Under the pieces are notes generated by a model. That model saw only the letters and a list, made by a program, of their open reading frames with translations. It had not been told where the DNA came from and did not search any database. A stretch of 64,000 nucleotides of DNA from Deltaproteobacteria bacterium (GTDB taxonomy: Bacteria > Myxococcota_A > Polyangia > GCA-2747355), in assembly GCA_020633415.1 (NCBI GenBank), contig JACKDQ010000007.1, positions 17,507 through 81,506 on the forward strand, given 5' to 3'. Shown piece by piece: positions 37,238 to 46,827 of this stretch (positions within the stretch are counted from its first letter, which is position 1; each line of letters begins with the position of its first letter). The position numbers and the translations under genes are program-made.

Positions 37238-38719
37238 TTACCCTTGGCCGCGCTTGCCAGTCGTTCGCCGGACGCGCTCAAGCAGACAGTGTGCCCGCGT
37301 CGCAGTGTCCGAGTCAAAACCAGCGCCCGCTGATTGTAACGCGTGCTCGATGGCTGGCGCTAGCGGGGGAAGTACCTTGAGCGGCGCTCGCTCGAGGAGC
37401 GTAATGATCGTCCGTCGGACCTGACGATGCGCTGTCGCCAAGGCGCCAGCCAGCGGAGCGTATATCCCCGAATGACCCAAGCTGATCGCCGCGCGCTCGG
37501 CGACACGCCACGCGCCCAGTTTGTCGCTCTTGCCGAGGAGCATCTCGTTGCAGGCGCGCGCGCCCTTGCAGCGGCTGACCGCGGCGAGACGCTGTTCGAA
37601 CGCTGATAGCTGGTTCCCGTAGTGCTGTTTGAGGCGACGCCGCAACTCCGGCGAAAGTCGGCGTTTGCCCAAGCGGCTGTATGCCAAGGCCAGGGCGTGG
37701 GTCGCGCGGTCGAGTTGCTTTTGCGCGCCAAGCAACCGGTAGAGCAGCGGCGCCTGCGCCGGTGAGCCGTACAGGCCGAGCAGCGAGCTGGCGCGCCGTA
37801 GCTCGTCGCGACCGAGGTTTGGACGGTCGAGCATCCGGACCAACGTCTCGAGCGCGCCGCTGTGGCTGGTGGGGGATCGCAGCTGGGCTTCGAAGAGCGG
37901 CCAGCTGAGTTCCGCAGTGGCGGATAGTGCCGGTGGTGGATATCCGAGGTCTGCGTGCAGTGCGATCAGTTGGACGAGTGCATTTGGTCGTGACAGTGAA
38001 TTCTGCAGCTGCTCAAGATCGGTGCGACTCGGCCCGATGCTACAGAGCGCACGCCGCGCAGCAGGTGCTGTCTGCTGACCCCAAGGGCGCTCGCCGAGCA
38101 GCGGCACGAGCAGTGGCGTCGCCGTGGGGACGTGAAGACGTCCGAGTGCATCGATCGCTACCAAGACTAGCGGCAAGGATTGCTCGGTCGCCGCTTTGCT
38201 GATGATACTTCGGAGCGGTGCCTCAGCTGTTTCCGAGCCGCTGCGACCGATCGCCGCGACTAGCGCCTTTTGAAACTGCAGCCGCCGCGCTGTCTTCGGC
38301 ATCTGGATCGACTCATCGAGCTGCTTGAGCAGCGCCGGCAAGGCGGCACGCGCTCCGGCTTCGTTTAGCGCGTTGGCCGCGCGAGTTGCCGCGGCGAGGT
38401 ACGGCCCGTCTCGCCCCGCTTCGCCCAGGGCTGCAACAAAGATCGGATTCGCGCGTGGATCGCCGAGCAGCGCGAGCGCTGCGACGATCTTCGGCCGGTT
38501 CCGATCATCGCGATAGGCGATGCCGAGCGCATCGATCGTCCGCTGACGCTTTTCCGCACGTTGTGCGGCCGGCGTGTCGCTTACCGCGCTGACCAAGCGG
38601 TCGATCGCCTCTGCTCTTTTCGGACCGTTCAGCTGATCGACCAGCGTGTCGACTTCGCTCTGCGCACAGCCGACCAGTGCGGTGAGCAGCAGCGCACCTG
38701 CTCGTCGAGCACGATTCAC
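37238..38719 (-). CDS. HEAT-repeat lipoprotein
   Basis: Lipobox LLTALVGC. Repeated HEAT/PBS-lyase-like units (AIDRLVSAV..., IVAALALLGDPRANPIFVAAL, AIDALGRLHVPTATPLLVPLLG). Confidence 0.6.
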   Translation of the reverse strand: MNRARRAGALLLTALVGCAQSEVDTLVDQLNGPKRAEAIDRLVSAVSDTPAAQRAEKRQRTIDALGIAYRDDRNRPKIVAALALLGDPRANPIFVAALGEAGRDGPYLAAATRAANALNEAGARAALPALLKQLDESIQMPKTARRLQFQKALVAAIGRSGSETAEAPLRSIISKAATEQSLPLVLVAIDALGRLHVPTATPLLVPLLGERPWGQQTAPAARRALCSIGPSRTDLEQLQNSLSRPNALVQLIALHADLGYPPPALSATAELSWPLFEAQLRSPTSHSGALETLVRMLDRPNLGRDELRRASSLLGLYGSPAQAPLLYRLLGAQKQLDRATHALALAYSRLGKRRLSPELRRRLKQHYGNQLSAFEQRLAAVSRCKGARACNEMLLGKSDKLGAWRVAERAAISLGHSGIYAPLAGALATAHRQVRRTIITLLERAPLKVLPPLAPAIEHALQSAGAGFDSDTATRAHCLLERVRRTTGKRGQG

Positions 38720-39384
38720 TGTGACTGAATCTTCCAGGTCATCGCTGCGTGGCCGAGGGGCCCGTCAAAACGCAATACGAGCTCGTTGACGTTCTCGCGC
38801 AGCAGGGGTCGCCCGTCGGGCAACTGCCTGGGAAACTTCAGCATGTATAGCTGATAGAATTCGGTCGTGTAGGGATAAAACTGCGTCCAGATCGGAGAGA
38901 TCGGTCTGACCCGTCGAATCTCGCTGGCGTCGACTTGTTGTCGGTCGCTGGTATTGAGCGTGATACGCCAGACGCTGTTTGCCCGGTCAAAGTCGTTATA
39001 GCGCATGTCCCGCGTCGCTGCTGCGACGACGAAGTCGAACCCGTCCTGCCAGCGCCTTGCTAATTGCTCGCGGAGCGCCTTTCTGTGCTGAGCGTTGAGA
39101 TGAAACATCTTGCCGCGCAGCGCGGCGTAGGCGTCGCTAAAGTCCGGCGCCTGAAGCGTCGCATAGGCACGAAGTGGCGTGTTCAGGGAGCGGAAGATCC
39201 GAGCGTTTCGGGTCCAGCGCCACATCACCCGGTCGTAGTCTGCTGCACGGTAGGCGCGCTCTGCGCGCAGGGCTAGCGGCTGCTGCGTCGAGCTGCAGCC
39301 ACCCACGAGGATCACGGCTGCTCCAAAAAGGATCGCTTGGTACGCAGCGCTGTGGACGCTGTGTCCGCTGCTGGGGTTGCTCAA
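38716..39384 (-). CDS. lipoprotein, unknown function
   Basis: Lipobox VILVGGC. 4-nt overlaps with both neighbouring genes. Confidence 0.55.
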   Translation of the reverse strand: MSNPSSGHSVHSAAYQAILFGAAVILVGGCSSTQQPLALRAERAYRAADYDRVMWRWTRNARIFRSLNTPLRAYATLQAPDFSDAYAALRGKMFHLNAQHRKALREQLARRWQDGFDFVVAAATRDMRYNDFDRANSVWRITLNTSDRQQVDASEIRRVRPISPIWTQFYPYTTEFYQLYMLKFPRQLPDGRPLLRENVNELVLRFDGPLGHAAMTWKIQSQ

Positions 39385-39947
39385 GACGTCACCTCGTTGC
39401 GGTCGAAAAGGGAGACGAGCGGGAGTCGCGCGGTGATCGCTTCGCGGCCCCCCTCGCAGCGGTCGACGAGTGCGACGACCAGCATCGGCACGAGGCCAGC
39501 CTGCTCTGCTCGCTCGGTTGCCTGGAGCGCCGATCCACCGCTGGTCACCACATCTTCGACGATCACCACTCGCGACCCCTCTGGAAGATGGTCAGCGCCC
39601 TCGATCCATTTGCTTGTGCCGTGGGCCTTGGCCGCTTTGCGAACATAAAAGCCGTCGAGCGACTGGGCGGTCCCGTGGCTGATCAGCGATGTCGCGCTGA
39701 CGATCGGGTCGGCGCCCATCGTCATTCCACCGATCGCGATCGCTTGTGGAGCGTGCTCGTGTACCGCCTGCCAAAAGAGCTTGCCGCAAAGCAGATGCCC
39801 TTCGGCGGTCAGCGTCACGCGCCGGCAATCGACGTAGAAATCGGAGCGCTTTCCGGACGCCAAGATTACGTCGCGCTTGGCGTAGGCGTCGCGCTTGATC
39901 AGTGCCAAGAGGCGCTCTCGGTCGCTGGCGTCGATCGCTTGAACCAT
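39381..39947 (-). CDS. pyrE: orotate phosphoribosyltransferase
   Basis: From ATG 39947: ASGKRSDFYVDCR... and the PRPP loop VVIVEDVVTSGGS. The ORF track's longer version overlaps the bactofilin gene. Confidence 0.85.
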   Translation of the reverse strand: MVQAIDASDRERLLALIKRDAYAKRDVILASGKRSDFYVDCRRVTLTAEGHLLCGKLFWQAVHEHAPQAIAIGGMTMGADPIVSATSLISHGTAQSLDGFYVRKAAKAHGTSKWIEGADHLPEGSRVVIVEDVVTSGGSALQATERAEQAGLVPMLVVALVDRCEGGREAITARLPLVSLFDRNEVTS

Positions 39948-39957
39948 CGAAAAGGGC

Positions 39958-40683
39958 CTATTTGCGCTTGACGCGGGTGCGTTGGCCCGCCGTGGTGGGT
40001 GGGCGTGGAATCGTCTCACGGGTGGAGTCGCCCGCTTGGTCGGGCGCATTGACAACTTCAATGCTCGCCGCACTGATGCTTTCGCTCGCCGGAACGTCGC
40101 CGCCTTCGTGGCCAGCGCGACGTCCGCGGCGCGTGCGTGAGGCGAGCGCGATTTGGCGACCAGCCCCCAGCGCGTTGGCTGGTTCGCTAGCCTCTCGCGT
40201 CGAAGGCCTAGTGCTTGGCACACGGCCGATAGGCTCAACGCGCGAGGGCGGGCGCGGTGAGCGCGGGGCAGAGCGCGCCGGTCGCTGTCGATTTGTCGGT
40301 TCAACAGGCCGCTCGGCTACCCGCTGCTCGCTCTGCGCGGTTTCGAGGTCACCCACTTCCACTTCACCGATCTCGACCGCGCCGCGCAGCGTTGCGCCAT
40401 CTTGCAGCACGATGCGCGGTGCGCGTAGATCTCCGACGACGCGTCCTTTTGAATCGATTTGGATCAGCTCGCGTGCCGTGATGTTGCCGACGACCAATCC
40501 CGAGACCTGGACCTGAGCAGCTGCCACGTCGGCCACCAGCTCACCCGAGTCTTCGACGATTAGCAACGCAGTCGATATCAAGGAACCTTCGACTCGGCCG
40601 AGGATCCGCGTTTGCTCGTCCGTCTCGACGGATCCGTTGATGCGCGTTGCCGCGCCGATGACTGTCTTTTCGTCAGCTGCCAC
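39958..40683 (-). CDS. bactofilin with long basic C-terminal tail
   Basis: Bactofilin beta-helix pattern (VIGAATRINGSVETDEQTRILGRVEGSL...VSGLVVGNITARELIQIDSKGRVVGDLRAPRIVLQDGATLRGAV). GTG start with AAGGA 7 nt upstream. Confidence 0.8.
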   Translation of the reverse strand: MAADEKTVIGAATRINGSVETDEQTRILGRVEGSLISTALLIVEDSGELVADVAAAQVQVSGLVVGNITARELIQIDSKGRVVGDLRAPRIVLQDGATLRGAVEIGEVEVGDLETAQSEQRVAERPVEPTNRQRPARSAPRSPRPPSRVEPIGRVPSTRPSTREASEPANALGAGRQIALASRTRRGRRAGHEGGDVPASESISAASIEVVNAPDQAGDSTRETIPRPPTTAGQRTRVKRK

Positions 40684-40830
40684 CGGCCATCCTTACGTTG
40701 CGGGGACTCGAATCAATGTCCCGAAAATGCGGGCTCAACTCGTATAACGTCGCGTTTACACTGTCAAGCGCGGCGCTTGCCGGGTTTCGCAGGGCAGCGT
40801 GGCTGGCGCGGTAATTTGGCCGTAGTACGG

Positions 40831-42399
40831 CTACTTCCCGCGAGTAAACAGTCGACGAAACAGGCCGCTTTTCGGGCGCTTGGTTCGCGGCGTTCCGTCG
40901 GCGTCGGTATCGTCCTCTTCGTCGGACTCACTTCGCTTCAGCTCGTCGTCGGCTTGCGTGTCCTCGAGTGCGTCGCCCGAGGTGGCGAAATCTGCCGGGA
41001 CTTGATGATCGACGCGCGTGTGATCTTCGGCTGCCTCGCTCTCGGGGTCGGGCGGGTCTGCGAGCGCGGCGAACACGTCGTCGTCTTCGCTGAGGCTTTC
41101 GTCGTCGATGAAGTGATCGCGATCGGCGGCGTCGATCGGCAGCTCGGTCTCGCCCGTCGTTTCGCCTTCCATGCTCTCGAGACTGACGTCGACGCTGCTT
41201 GGCAAGGCAACCGTGCGCATGATCGGCTCACCGCGATAGGGTGGCGCCGGTGGGTGACCCGCACTGCCGAAGTGATTTGTCGGTGCGTCCTCGGGGTCGA
41301 AGGGCGGCGCATCGGAGTCGACCAACAGGTCGTCGACGGCTGTGCTGATCGCCTCGATCGGCAATGAATCGTCGCTGTCGAGCTGGCGTTGCTGCCATGG
41401 ATCGCCGACCAGCTCGTCGGCCGGCTGAACAGTGGTCGCTGGCCGTGGTGAGCCTGACGCTTCGCTGGGTGGTGCGGTCGGCGCGGGCTCTTCGGGGCCG
41501 AGCCCCGGGTTTGTGCGCTCGACAGAGTCGTAGGGAGCGGCACGCCAGGGTCTGCCGAGCAGAGCGAGCGCGCGCTCCGTCGCCCGTGGGTTGGGGGCGG
41601 GGAGCGAATCGAGCTCGGAAACGTCCGCACCGAGAGCCGCTTGGCGGACTGCTTGAATGCGCCGTGGGTCGATACGCTCCAAAGCTATCATGTCGTCGAG
41701 CAGCGCATCGCGTGGATCGGTGCGCGGCGGTCTGTTGTCCGGAGCGGTTGTCGGTGCTGCGGCGAAGCGCTGGTCTGTGGCCTTGTCGTCGCGGGGGGCA
41801 ACGTCTGGCCTCGCCTCGCCGTTCAATTCGGCTGATTCGTCTGATTCGGGGCGCCGCAGCTCGACTTCGGTCTGCGAGTCGGCCGATGATGTCACGTCGA
41901 GTAGCGCAGGGTCGATCTGACCGTCGAGTTCGATGCCACCTACTGCACCGTCGATGGCATGGACTTCGTGGGTCAGCGAGCGCTCGACCTGCGTTTCGGC
42001 CAGCGCACCTTCTTTGAAGGCAATGATCTGCTCGATGATCTGAGCGCTATTGCCGTCGAGTTCAGCGAAGCGAACGCCCATTCCGTGGGGCTCGTCGGGC
42101 GCTAGTTCGTCGTAGGCCTTGACCCAGACCACGCGGCCCCAGCCGCGCAGCAGCTCGCTGCCATCGCGGAGCAGCAACTCGAAGTTGATCTCTGTACCAA
42201 CGGGTTGGGGTCGGCGGCTTTGAATGAACATTCCGCCGCGGCTGACGTTGGGGGCGTATTTGCGGACAAACGTATCGATGTCCGGATATTTGAGCCGGAT
42301 GCGCAGCGAAATCCGAGAGTTATCGCGCCATGCCACGATGGCAAGATCATGACACCCAGGGGTTGACCCTGTCAAACAACCCGAGCGCCAGACAGGCAA
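40831..42399 (-). CDS. PilZ-domain (TIGR02266-like) protein with long acidic disordered tail
   Basis: RDNSR (RxxxR) and NVSRGG (D/NxSxxG) motifs followed by GWGRVVWV...GMGVRF. About 400 aa of Asp/Glu/Pro-rich low-complexity sequence follows. Confidence 0.75.
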   Translation of the reverse strand: MPVWRSGCLTGSTPGCHDLAIVAWRDNSRISLRIRLKYPDIDTFVRKYAPNVSRGGMFIQSRRPQPVGTEINFELLLRDGSELLRGWGRVVWVKAYDELAPDEPHGMGVRFAELDGNSAQIIEQIIAFKEGALAETQVERSLTHEVHAIDGAVGGIELDGQIDPALLDVTSSADSQTEVELRRPESDESAELNGEARPDVAPRDDKATDQRFAAAPTTAPDNRPPRTDPRDALLDDMIALERIDPRRIQAVRQAALGADVSELDSLPAPNPRATERALALLGRPWRAAPYDSVERTNPGLGPEEPAPTAPPSEASGSPRPATTVQPADELVGDPWQQRQLDSDDSLPIEAISTAVDDLLVDSDAPPFDPEDAPTNHFGSAGHPPAPPYRGEPIMRTVALPSSVDVSLESMEGETTGETELPIDAADRDHFIDDESLSEDDDVFAALADPPDPESEAAEDHTRVDHQVPADFATSGDALEDTQADDELKRSESDEEDDTDADGTPRTKRPKSGLFRRLFTRGK

Positions 42400-42423
42400 A
42401 TCCGGCGCTCAGACCGTCTGGGA

Positions 42424-45072
42424 TCAAGCGGATAGCAGCTCGGCGGCGGCGGCAAGGGCAGCATCGAGCTTTGCGGCGCTGGGGCCACCTGCCTGAGCCA
42501 TATCGGGACGTCCACCACCCCGCCCGTCGACGATCTCGGCCAGCTTGCCGACCAGCTTGCCGGCGTGAAATTGCTTGGTCAGATCCTTGCTGACCATGAC
42601 CAGCAGCGTTGCCTTGCCTTCGTGTTCCCCGCCAAGCACAACGATTCCCGAGCCCAAACGATCGCGCAGCGAGTCGCCGGCATCGCGGAGCGTCTTGGGG
42701 TCGCCGACGGCGACGCGAGTGGCTAGCAGCTTGACGCCGGAAACTTCGACGACGGCGGCCAGCGGATCGCGTTCGTTGGCGCCCGACGCGAGTGCACGTC
42801 GCGCTTCGGCCAGCTCCTTGTCGCTCTGCCGCAGCTGAGCTTGCAGGCGCTCGACGCGCTCGAGCAGTTGCTCGGGTCCGACCTTGAGCGCCCGAGCGGC
42901 CGCCTCGAGCAGCGCGGCGCGTTCGCGGTCGTAGGCCAGCGCAGCAGCGCCGGTTAGACCAACGATTCGCCGCACACCGAGGGCCAGCGGCTCCTCGGCG
43001 ACGATGCGGCACAGGCCGATATCGCCACTACGCCCGACGTGCGTACCGCCGCAGAGCTCGATCGACTGCTCGCCGATGCGTACCACGCGAACAACGTCGC
43101 CATACTTTTCGCCAAACAGCGACATCGCGCCGGCCGATCGCGCTTCGTCGATCGCCATCTCCTCGGTGCGGCTGGGAACGTTGGCGCGGATCTGTTCGTT
43201 GATCTGATCTTCGACGATGGCGAGCTGCTCTTTGCTCATCGCCTCAAAGTGGCTGAAGTCGAATCGCAAACGCTCCGCCGAGACTTCCGAGCCCTTTTGC
43301 GCGACGTGGGGCCCAAGCACGCGTCGCAGCGCGTGGTGCAGCAGGTGGGTCGCCGAGTGGTTTGAGCGGATTGCCTGTCGGCGGCCGCGATCGACGGTGG
43401 CCACCACCGATTGACCGACTTTGATCGTGCCCTGCTTGAGCAGGCAGCTGTGGACGAAGTGGGCACCCGTTGGCTTGGTGGTGTCTTGGACCTCGAGGGT
43501 CGCGCTCGCGCCATGCTTGCTGTCGATCGTGCCTTGGTCGCCGATCTGTCCGCCACCCCGTGCATAAAACGGCGTAGCGTCGAGATACAGATCGACTCGC
43601 GCGGGCGCAGTGGCCTGGTCGACACGCCGCACCGCGCCATCCTCACCGACCAACAGCAGGCCGATGATCTGGGCTTCGCCGGCTTCGCTGCCGTAGCCGG
43701 TAAACTGCGTTTCTGGCAATTCCTCAGCGAGCGCCTTGTAGAGCGGGTCGATCGCCTTGTCGCCGACCTTCGTTTCGGCGGAGCCGTGGGTCTTCTCGAT
43801 CCACTCGCGGGCTGCGTCTTCATCGACAGAGAGCTGCGCATCTTCGGCGATCAGCCGTGTAAGGTCGATCGGAAAGCCGTAGGTCGCGCAGAGGTCGCCG
43901 ACAAACTCTGCCGACAGCGCAGCATCACCGGCCCCCTTGGCCTTTTCGATCGCCTGGGAGAGCCGTTGCGTTCCTCGCGAAAGCGTTCGACGGAAGGCGC
44001 TCTCTTCGGCGTCGACGACCTTCTCGATCGTTTCGCGACGCAGCGGCAGATCTGGATACGCCGAACCAAGCATGTCGACGACGCGACCGCAGATGCCAGC
44101 AAAAAAATTGTCCTCGAGTCCGAGCAAGGTGCCGTGGCGAATCGCGCGGCGCATGATGCGGCGCAGGACGTATTCGCGCCCGCCTTTGTCGGGAAACACG
44201 CCGTCGGCGATGCAAAACGCGGTGGCGCGCGCGTGATCGGCCAGCACACGCATACTCGTGTCATTGTCGGCGTTCTTGCCGTAGGGAATGCCAGAGCGCT
44301 CGGCGACGGCATCGATCAGCGGGAAGATCAGATCGGTGTCGAAGGTCGAGGGCTTACCTTGCAGCACCATCGCCAGGCGCTCGAGACCCATGCCGGTATC
44401 GACGCCCGTCCGCTCCAGCGGCGAGAGTTGGCCGTCTTGGCGATTGAACTGCATGAAGACCAGGTTCCAAACCTCAAGCCACGCTTCGAGGTCTTGCGGA
44501 TCGGGAATCGTATCGCCGTGCGGGACGTGCAGCTCAGTGCAAGGGCCGCACGGACCGCTGTCGCCCATCGCCCAGAAGTTGTCCGCCTTACCCAGCCGCT
44601 GAATGCGCCGCTCGGGCAGACCGATCACTTCGTGCCAAACGGCAAACGCTTGGTCGTCGGCGGGAACCTCGTCATCGCCACCGAAGATCGAGACCATGAT
44701 TCTGTCGCCATCGATGCCGACTTCTTCGGTCAGGAAACGCCAGGCATGTTTGATCGCGCCTTCTTTGAAGTAGTCGCCAAACGAGAAGTTTCCAAGCATC
44801 TCAAAGAAGGTGTGGTGTCGCGTCGTGCGGCCGACGGCCTCAAGGTCGTTATGCTTGCCGGTGACCCGCAGGCACTTTTGCGAAGTAGTCGCGCAGTTGA
44901 AGTCACGCGTTTGCAGGCCGACGAACACGTCTTTGAACTGCACCATGCCGGCGTTGGTGAAATAGAGCGTTGGGTCATTGTCCGGCACGAGCGAAGAACT
45001 CGGCACCACACAATGGTCTGCGCGCTGGAAGAACTGGAGAAACCGCTGACGGACATCGTTTCCTGAAATCAT
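42424..45072 (-). CDS. alaS: alanine--tRNA ligase
   Basis: From ATG 45072: MISGNDVRQRFLQFFQRADHCVVPSSSLVP..DPTLYFTNAGMVQFK. The editing-domain HSATHLLHHALR is present and the length fits the family. Confidence 0.95.
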   Translation of the reverse strand: MISGNDVRQRFLQFFQRADHCVVPSSSLVPDNDPTLYFTNAGMVQFKDVFVGLQTRDFNCATTSQKCLRVTGKHNDLEAVGRTTRHHTFFEMLGNFSFGDYFKEGAIKHAWRFLTEEVGIDGDRIMVSIFGGDDEVPADDQAFAVWHEVIGLPERRIQRLGKADNFWAMGDSGPCGPCTELHVPHGDTIPDPQDLEAWLEVWNLVFMQFNRQDGQLSPLERTGVDTGMGLERLAMVLQGKPSTFDTDLIFPLIDAVAERSGIPYGKNADNDTSMRVLADHARATAFCIADGVFPDKGGREYVLRRIMRRAIRHGTLLGLEDNFFAGICGRVVDMLGSAYPDLPLRRETIEKVVDAEESAFRRTLSRGTQRLSQAIEKAKGAGDAALSAEFVGDLCATYGFPIDLTRLIAEDAQLSVDEDAAREWIEKTHGSAETKVGDKAIDPLYKALAEELPETQFTGYGSEAGEAQIIGLLLVGEDGAVRRVDQATAPARVDLYLDATPFYARGGGQIGDQGTIDSKHGASATLEVQDTTKPTGAHFVHSCLLKQGTIKVGQSVVATVDRGRRQAIRSNHSATHLLHHALRRVLGPHVAQKGSEVSAERLRFDFSHFEAMSKEQLAIVEDQINEQIRANVPSRTEEMAIDEARSAGAMSLFGEKYGDVVRVVRIGEQSIELCGGTHVGRSGDIGLCRIVAEEPLALGVRRIVGLTGAAALAYDRERAALLEAAARALKVGPEQLLERVERLQAQLRQSDKELAEARRALASGANERDPLAAVVEVSGVKLLATRVAVGDPKTLRDAGDSLRDRLGSGIVVLGGEHEGKATLLVMVSKDLTKQFHAGKLVGKLAEIVDGRGGGRPDMAQAGGPSAAKLDAALAAAAELLSA

Positions 45073-45167
45073 GGCTGTAGATCCTCTGACCGAGATATAG
45101 CACCGACCTCGGCCGCCCAAAAGAGCAGATCGCCTCATGGGTCGGCTCTGCGGCCCAACCAAGCGGC

Positions 45168-46817
45168 TTAGTAGGAGTAGCCGACGCTAAACGTCGTGCC
45201 CGCGTAGATGTCGAGGGCGCCGCCCGCGTAGTTGCCGCACTTGCGACCATCGAAGAAGCAGTCGCCTTGGAAGGAGTAGAAGAATCGACGATAGAACCCA
45301 CCGATCGAGGCCGTGAAGCCGTGATAGCGCACGAATACACCGCCACCGACGTCGATGCCGCCGGTGGAGCTCTTGCCATAACCGTCGGCGCCGAGTTGCT
45401 CGATGTCTCCAGCGGAGAAAACCAGCAGATAGTCGAAGCCGATGCGCCCACCGATGGCGAACTTGCCGCGCACAAAAAACGGCACATCGAGGTGGACCAG
45501 CGCCAACTTGAGGTACGCGTAACTGATGTTGGGCAGGGGGATCGCCGCTTGTCCGCTCTCGTCGGTCGAGAAGCCTTGAATCCCATAGTCGAGGCCAGCG
45601 AATAGCGTCGGGCTGGTCGCTTTGCCGAGCATGTTCCAGCGATAGCGCACGCCGAATTCGATGCCTTGGATCAGCGTGTCCGACTCGCCGGCGACACCAG
45701 AGACCTGAGACTTGAGCCCCAGTACGCGGAAATAACGCAGGTTGAGGCCGATGTTGCCCCAGGCCGCCCGCGTGAGCGCTGCCAAGGGGTAGACGGCCGC
45801 GTCGATCGCGATCGCAGGCACTAGGCCGGGGGTTCGATAGTCGGCGGGATTGGCGGGTTCGATCGGGTCGTTGAAGGTGAAGCTGCGACTGAGCAGGATC
45901 AAGCCGGTGTTGACTTCAACGATTCGGGCCCAGCTTGGTCGGGCGTCGCTGTCCTGGCGGAGTTGGAGATCGCCGCTCTTGCTAGCGCGCCGTTGGCGAC
46001 GCGTGTTGTTATCGGTGTCGTCGTCGTCATCGTCGCTGCCGGTGTCTCGCCGGTGGCGGACCAACGCCGGCGGTTTGCTGCGCCTTGCCGCGTCGTCGGT
46101 TACGGAAAAGCCCAGGTCGTCGCCGCCAGAGGAGTCGGTGGGGGGATCTTTGGCTGGGGGGGCGGGATCCTGTGGCGGATCTCGCGGCTGATCCGCGGCC
46201 GACGTCTTGCGTTGGTGCGGATCGCTGCGGGCGACTTTTTTGCGTCGCACGATCGGTCGGCGCCTGGCCACACGGCGGACCGCAGGCGCGGGCGCAGTCG
46301 TGCGGGCGGCCATACGCAGCACTGCTCCGACCGCCCGACGCGCCGAGGAGCGATCGAGTCTTGTTCCGCGTAATGCGATCACCTTGGTACCGATCGCCCG
46401 GCCGTCTGCACCGTTGTAGACGACGATGCGCAACGTCCAGCGACCGCTAAGTCGCAAGATGCTGCCACCGATAATCGCCGATACGGCAGCCGCCTGTGCT
46501 CCGGCTACTCGGCCGGCGGCACCACTTCCGCGCACACTGCGTCGGTAGACGGCGGCGTTGACCAGGGTTGCCCGCGATCCGATGCCACGCCGAATCTCGG
46601 CGGCTGCGGCGCCACCGCGGGGTCCGGAGAACGGCAAGACGACGATGCGTGGCTTTTCCGCGGAAACGGGGCGCGCGAAACCGAGCGCTAGCAACAGCAC
46701 GACTACCGCGCCTGACCGAAAACTCGGTGCGCGCCGCGGCCATTTCGCTAACGCAGTGCTGGATCGGGACACTAGCGGGGTTGTGAGACGTCTTGGATAC
46801 AGCTTGCGGTCTCTCAT
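45168..46817 (-). CDS. putative outer-membrane beta-barrel protein with periplasmic N-domain and disordered linker
   Basis: Signal peptide VVVLLLALGFARPVSA and an Arg/Asp/Pro-rich linker. The C-terminal half has an alternating beta pattern ending ...GTTFSVGYSY (aromatic terminus). The start is uncertain (ATG 46817 or a downstream GTG); the track start 46937 overlaps pilT. Confidence 0.5.
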   Translation of the reverse strand: MRDRKLYPRRLTTPLVSRSSTALAKWPRRAPSFRSGAVVVLLLALGFARPVSAEKPRIVVLPFSGPRGGAAAAEIRRGIGSRATLVNAAVYRRSVRGSGAAGRVAGAQAAAVSAIIGGSILRLSGRWTLRIVVYNGADGRAIGTKVIALRGTRLDRSSARRAVGAVLRMAARTTAPAPAVRRVARRRPIVRRKKVARSDPHQRKTSAADQPRDPPQDPAPPAKDPPTDSSGGDDLGFSVTDDAARRSKPPALVRHRRDTGSDDDDDDTDNNTRRQRRASKSGDLQLRQDSDARPSWARIVEVNTGLILLSRSFTFNDPIEPANPADYRTPGLVPAIAIDAAVYPLAALTRAAWGNIGLNLRYFRVLGLKSQVSGVAGESDTLIQGIEFGVRYRWNMLGKATSPTLFAGLDYGIQGFSTDESGQAAIPLPNISYAYLKLALVHLDVPFFVRGKFAIGGRIGFDYLLVFSAGDIEQLGADGYGKSSTGGIDVGGGVFVRYHGFTASIGGFYRRFFYSFQGDCFFDGRKCGNYAGGALDIYAGTTFSVGYSY

Positions 46818-46827
46818 GTTCCCGATG

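Noticed and set aside
39948-40304. N-terminal 119-aa extension of the pyrE ORF
   Set aside because: The extension overlaps the bactofilin gene in another frame and is Arg/Ala-rich. The PyrE homology begins at ATG 39947.
43411-45066. 551-aa plus-strand ORF
   Set aside because: It lies entirely antisense to alaS, whose product is unmistakable. Long antisense ORFs are expected in high-G+C DNA. The translation is Arg/Ala/Val-rich with no motif.
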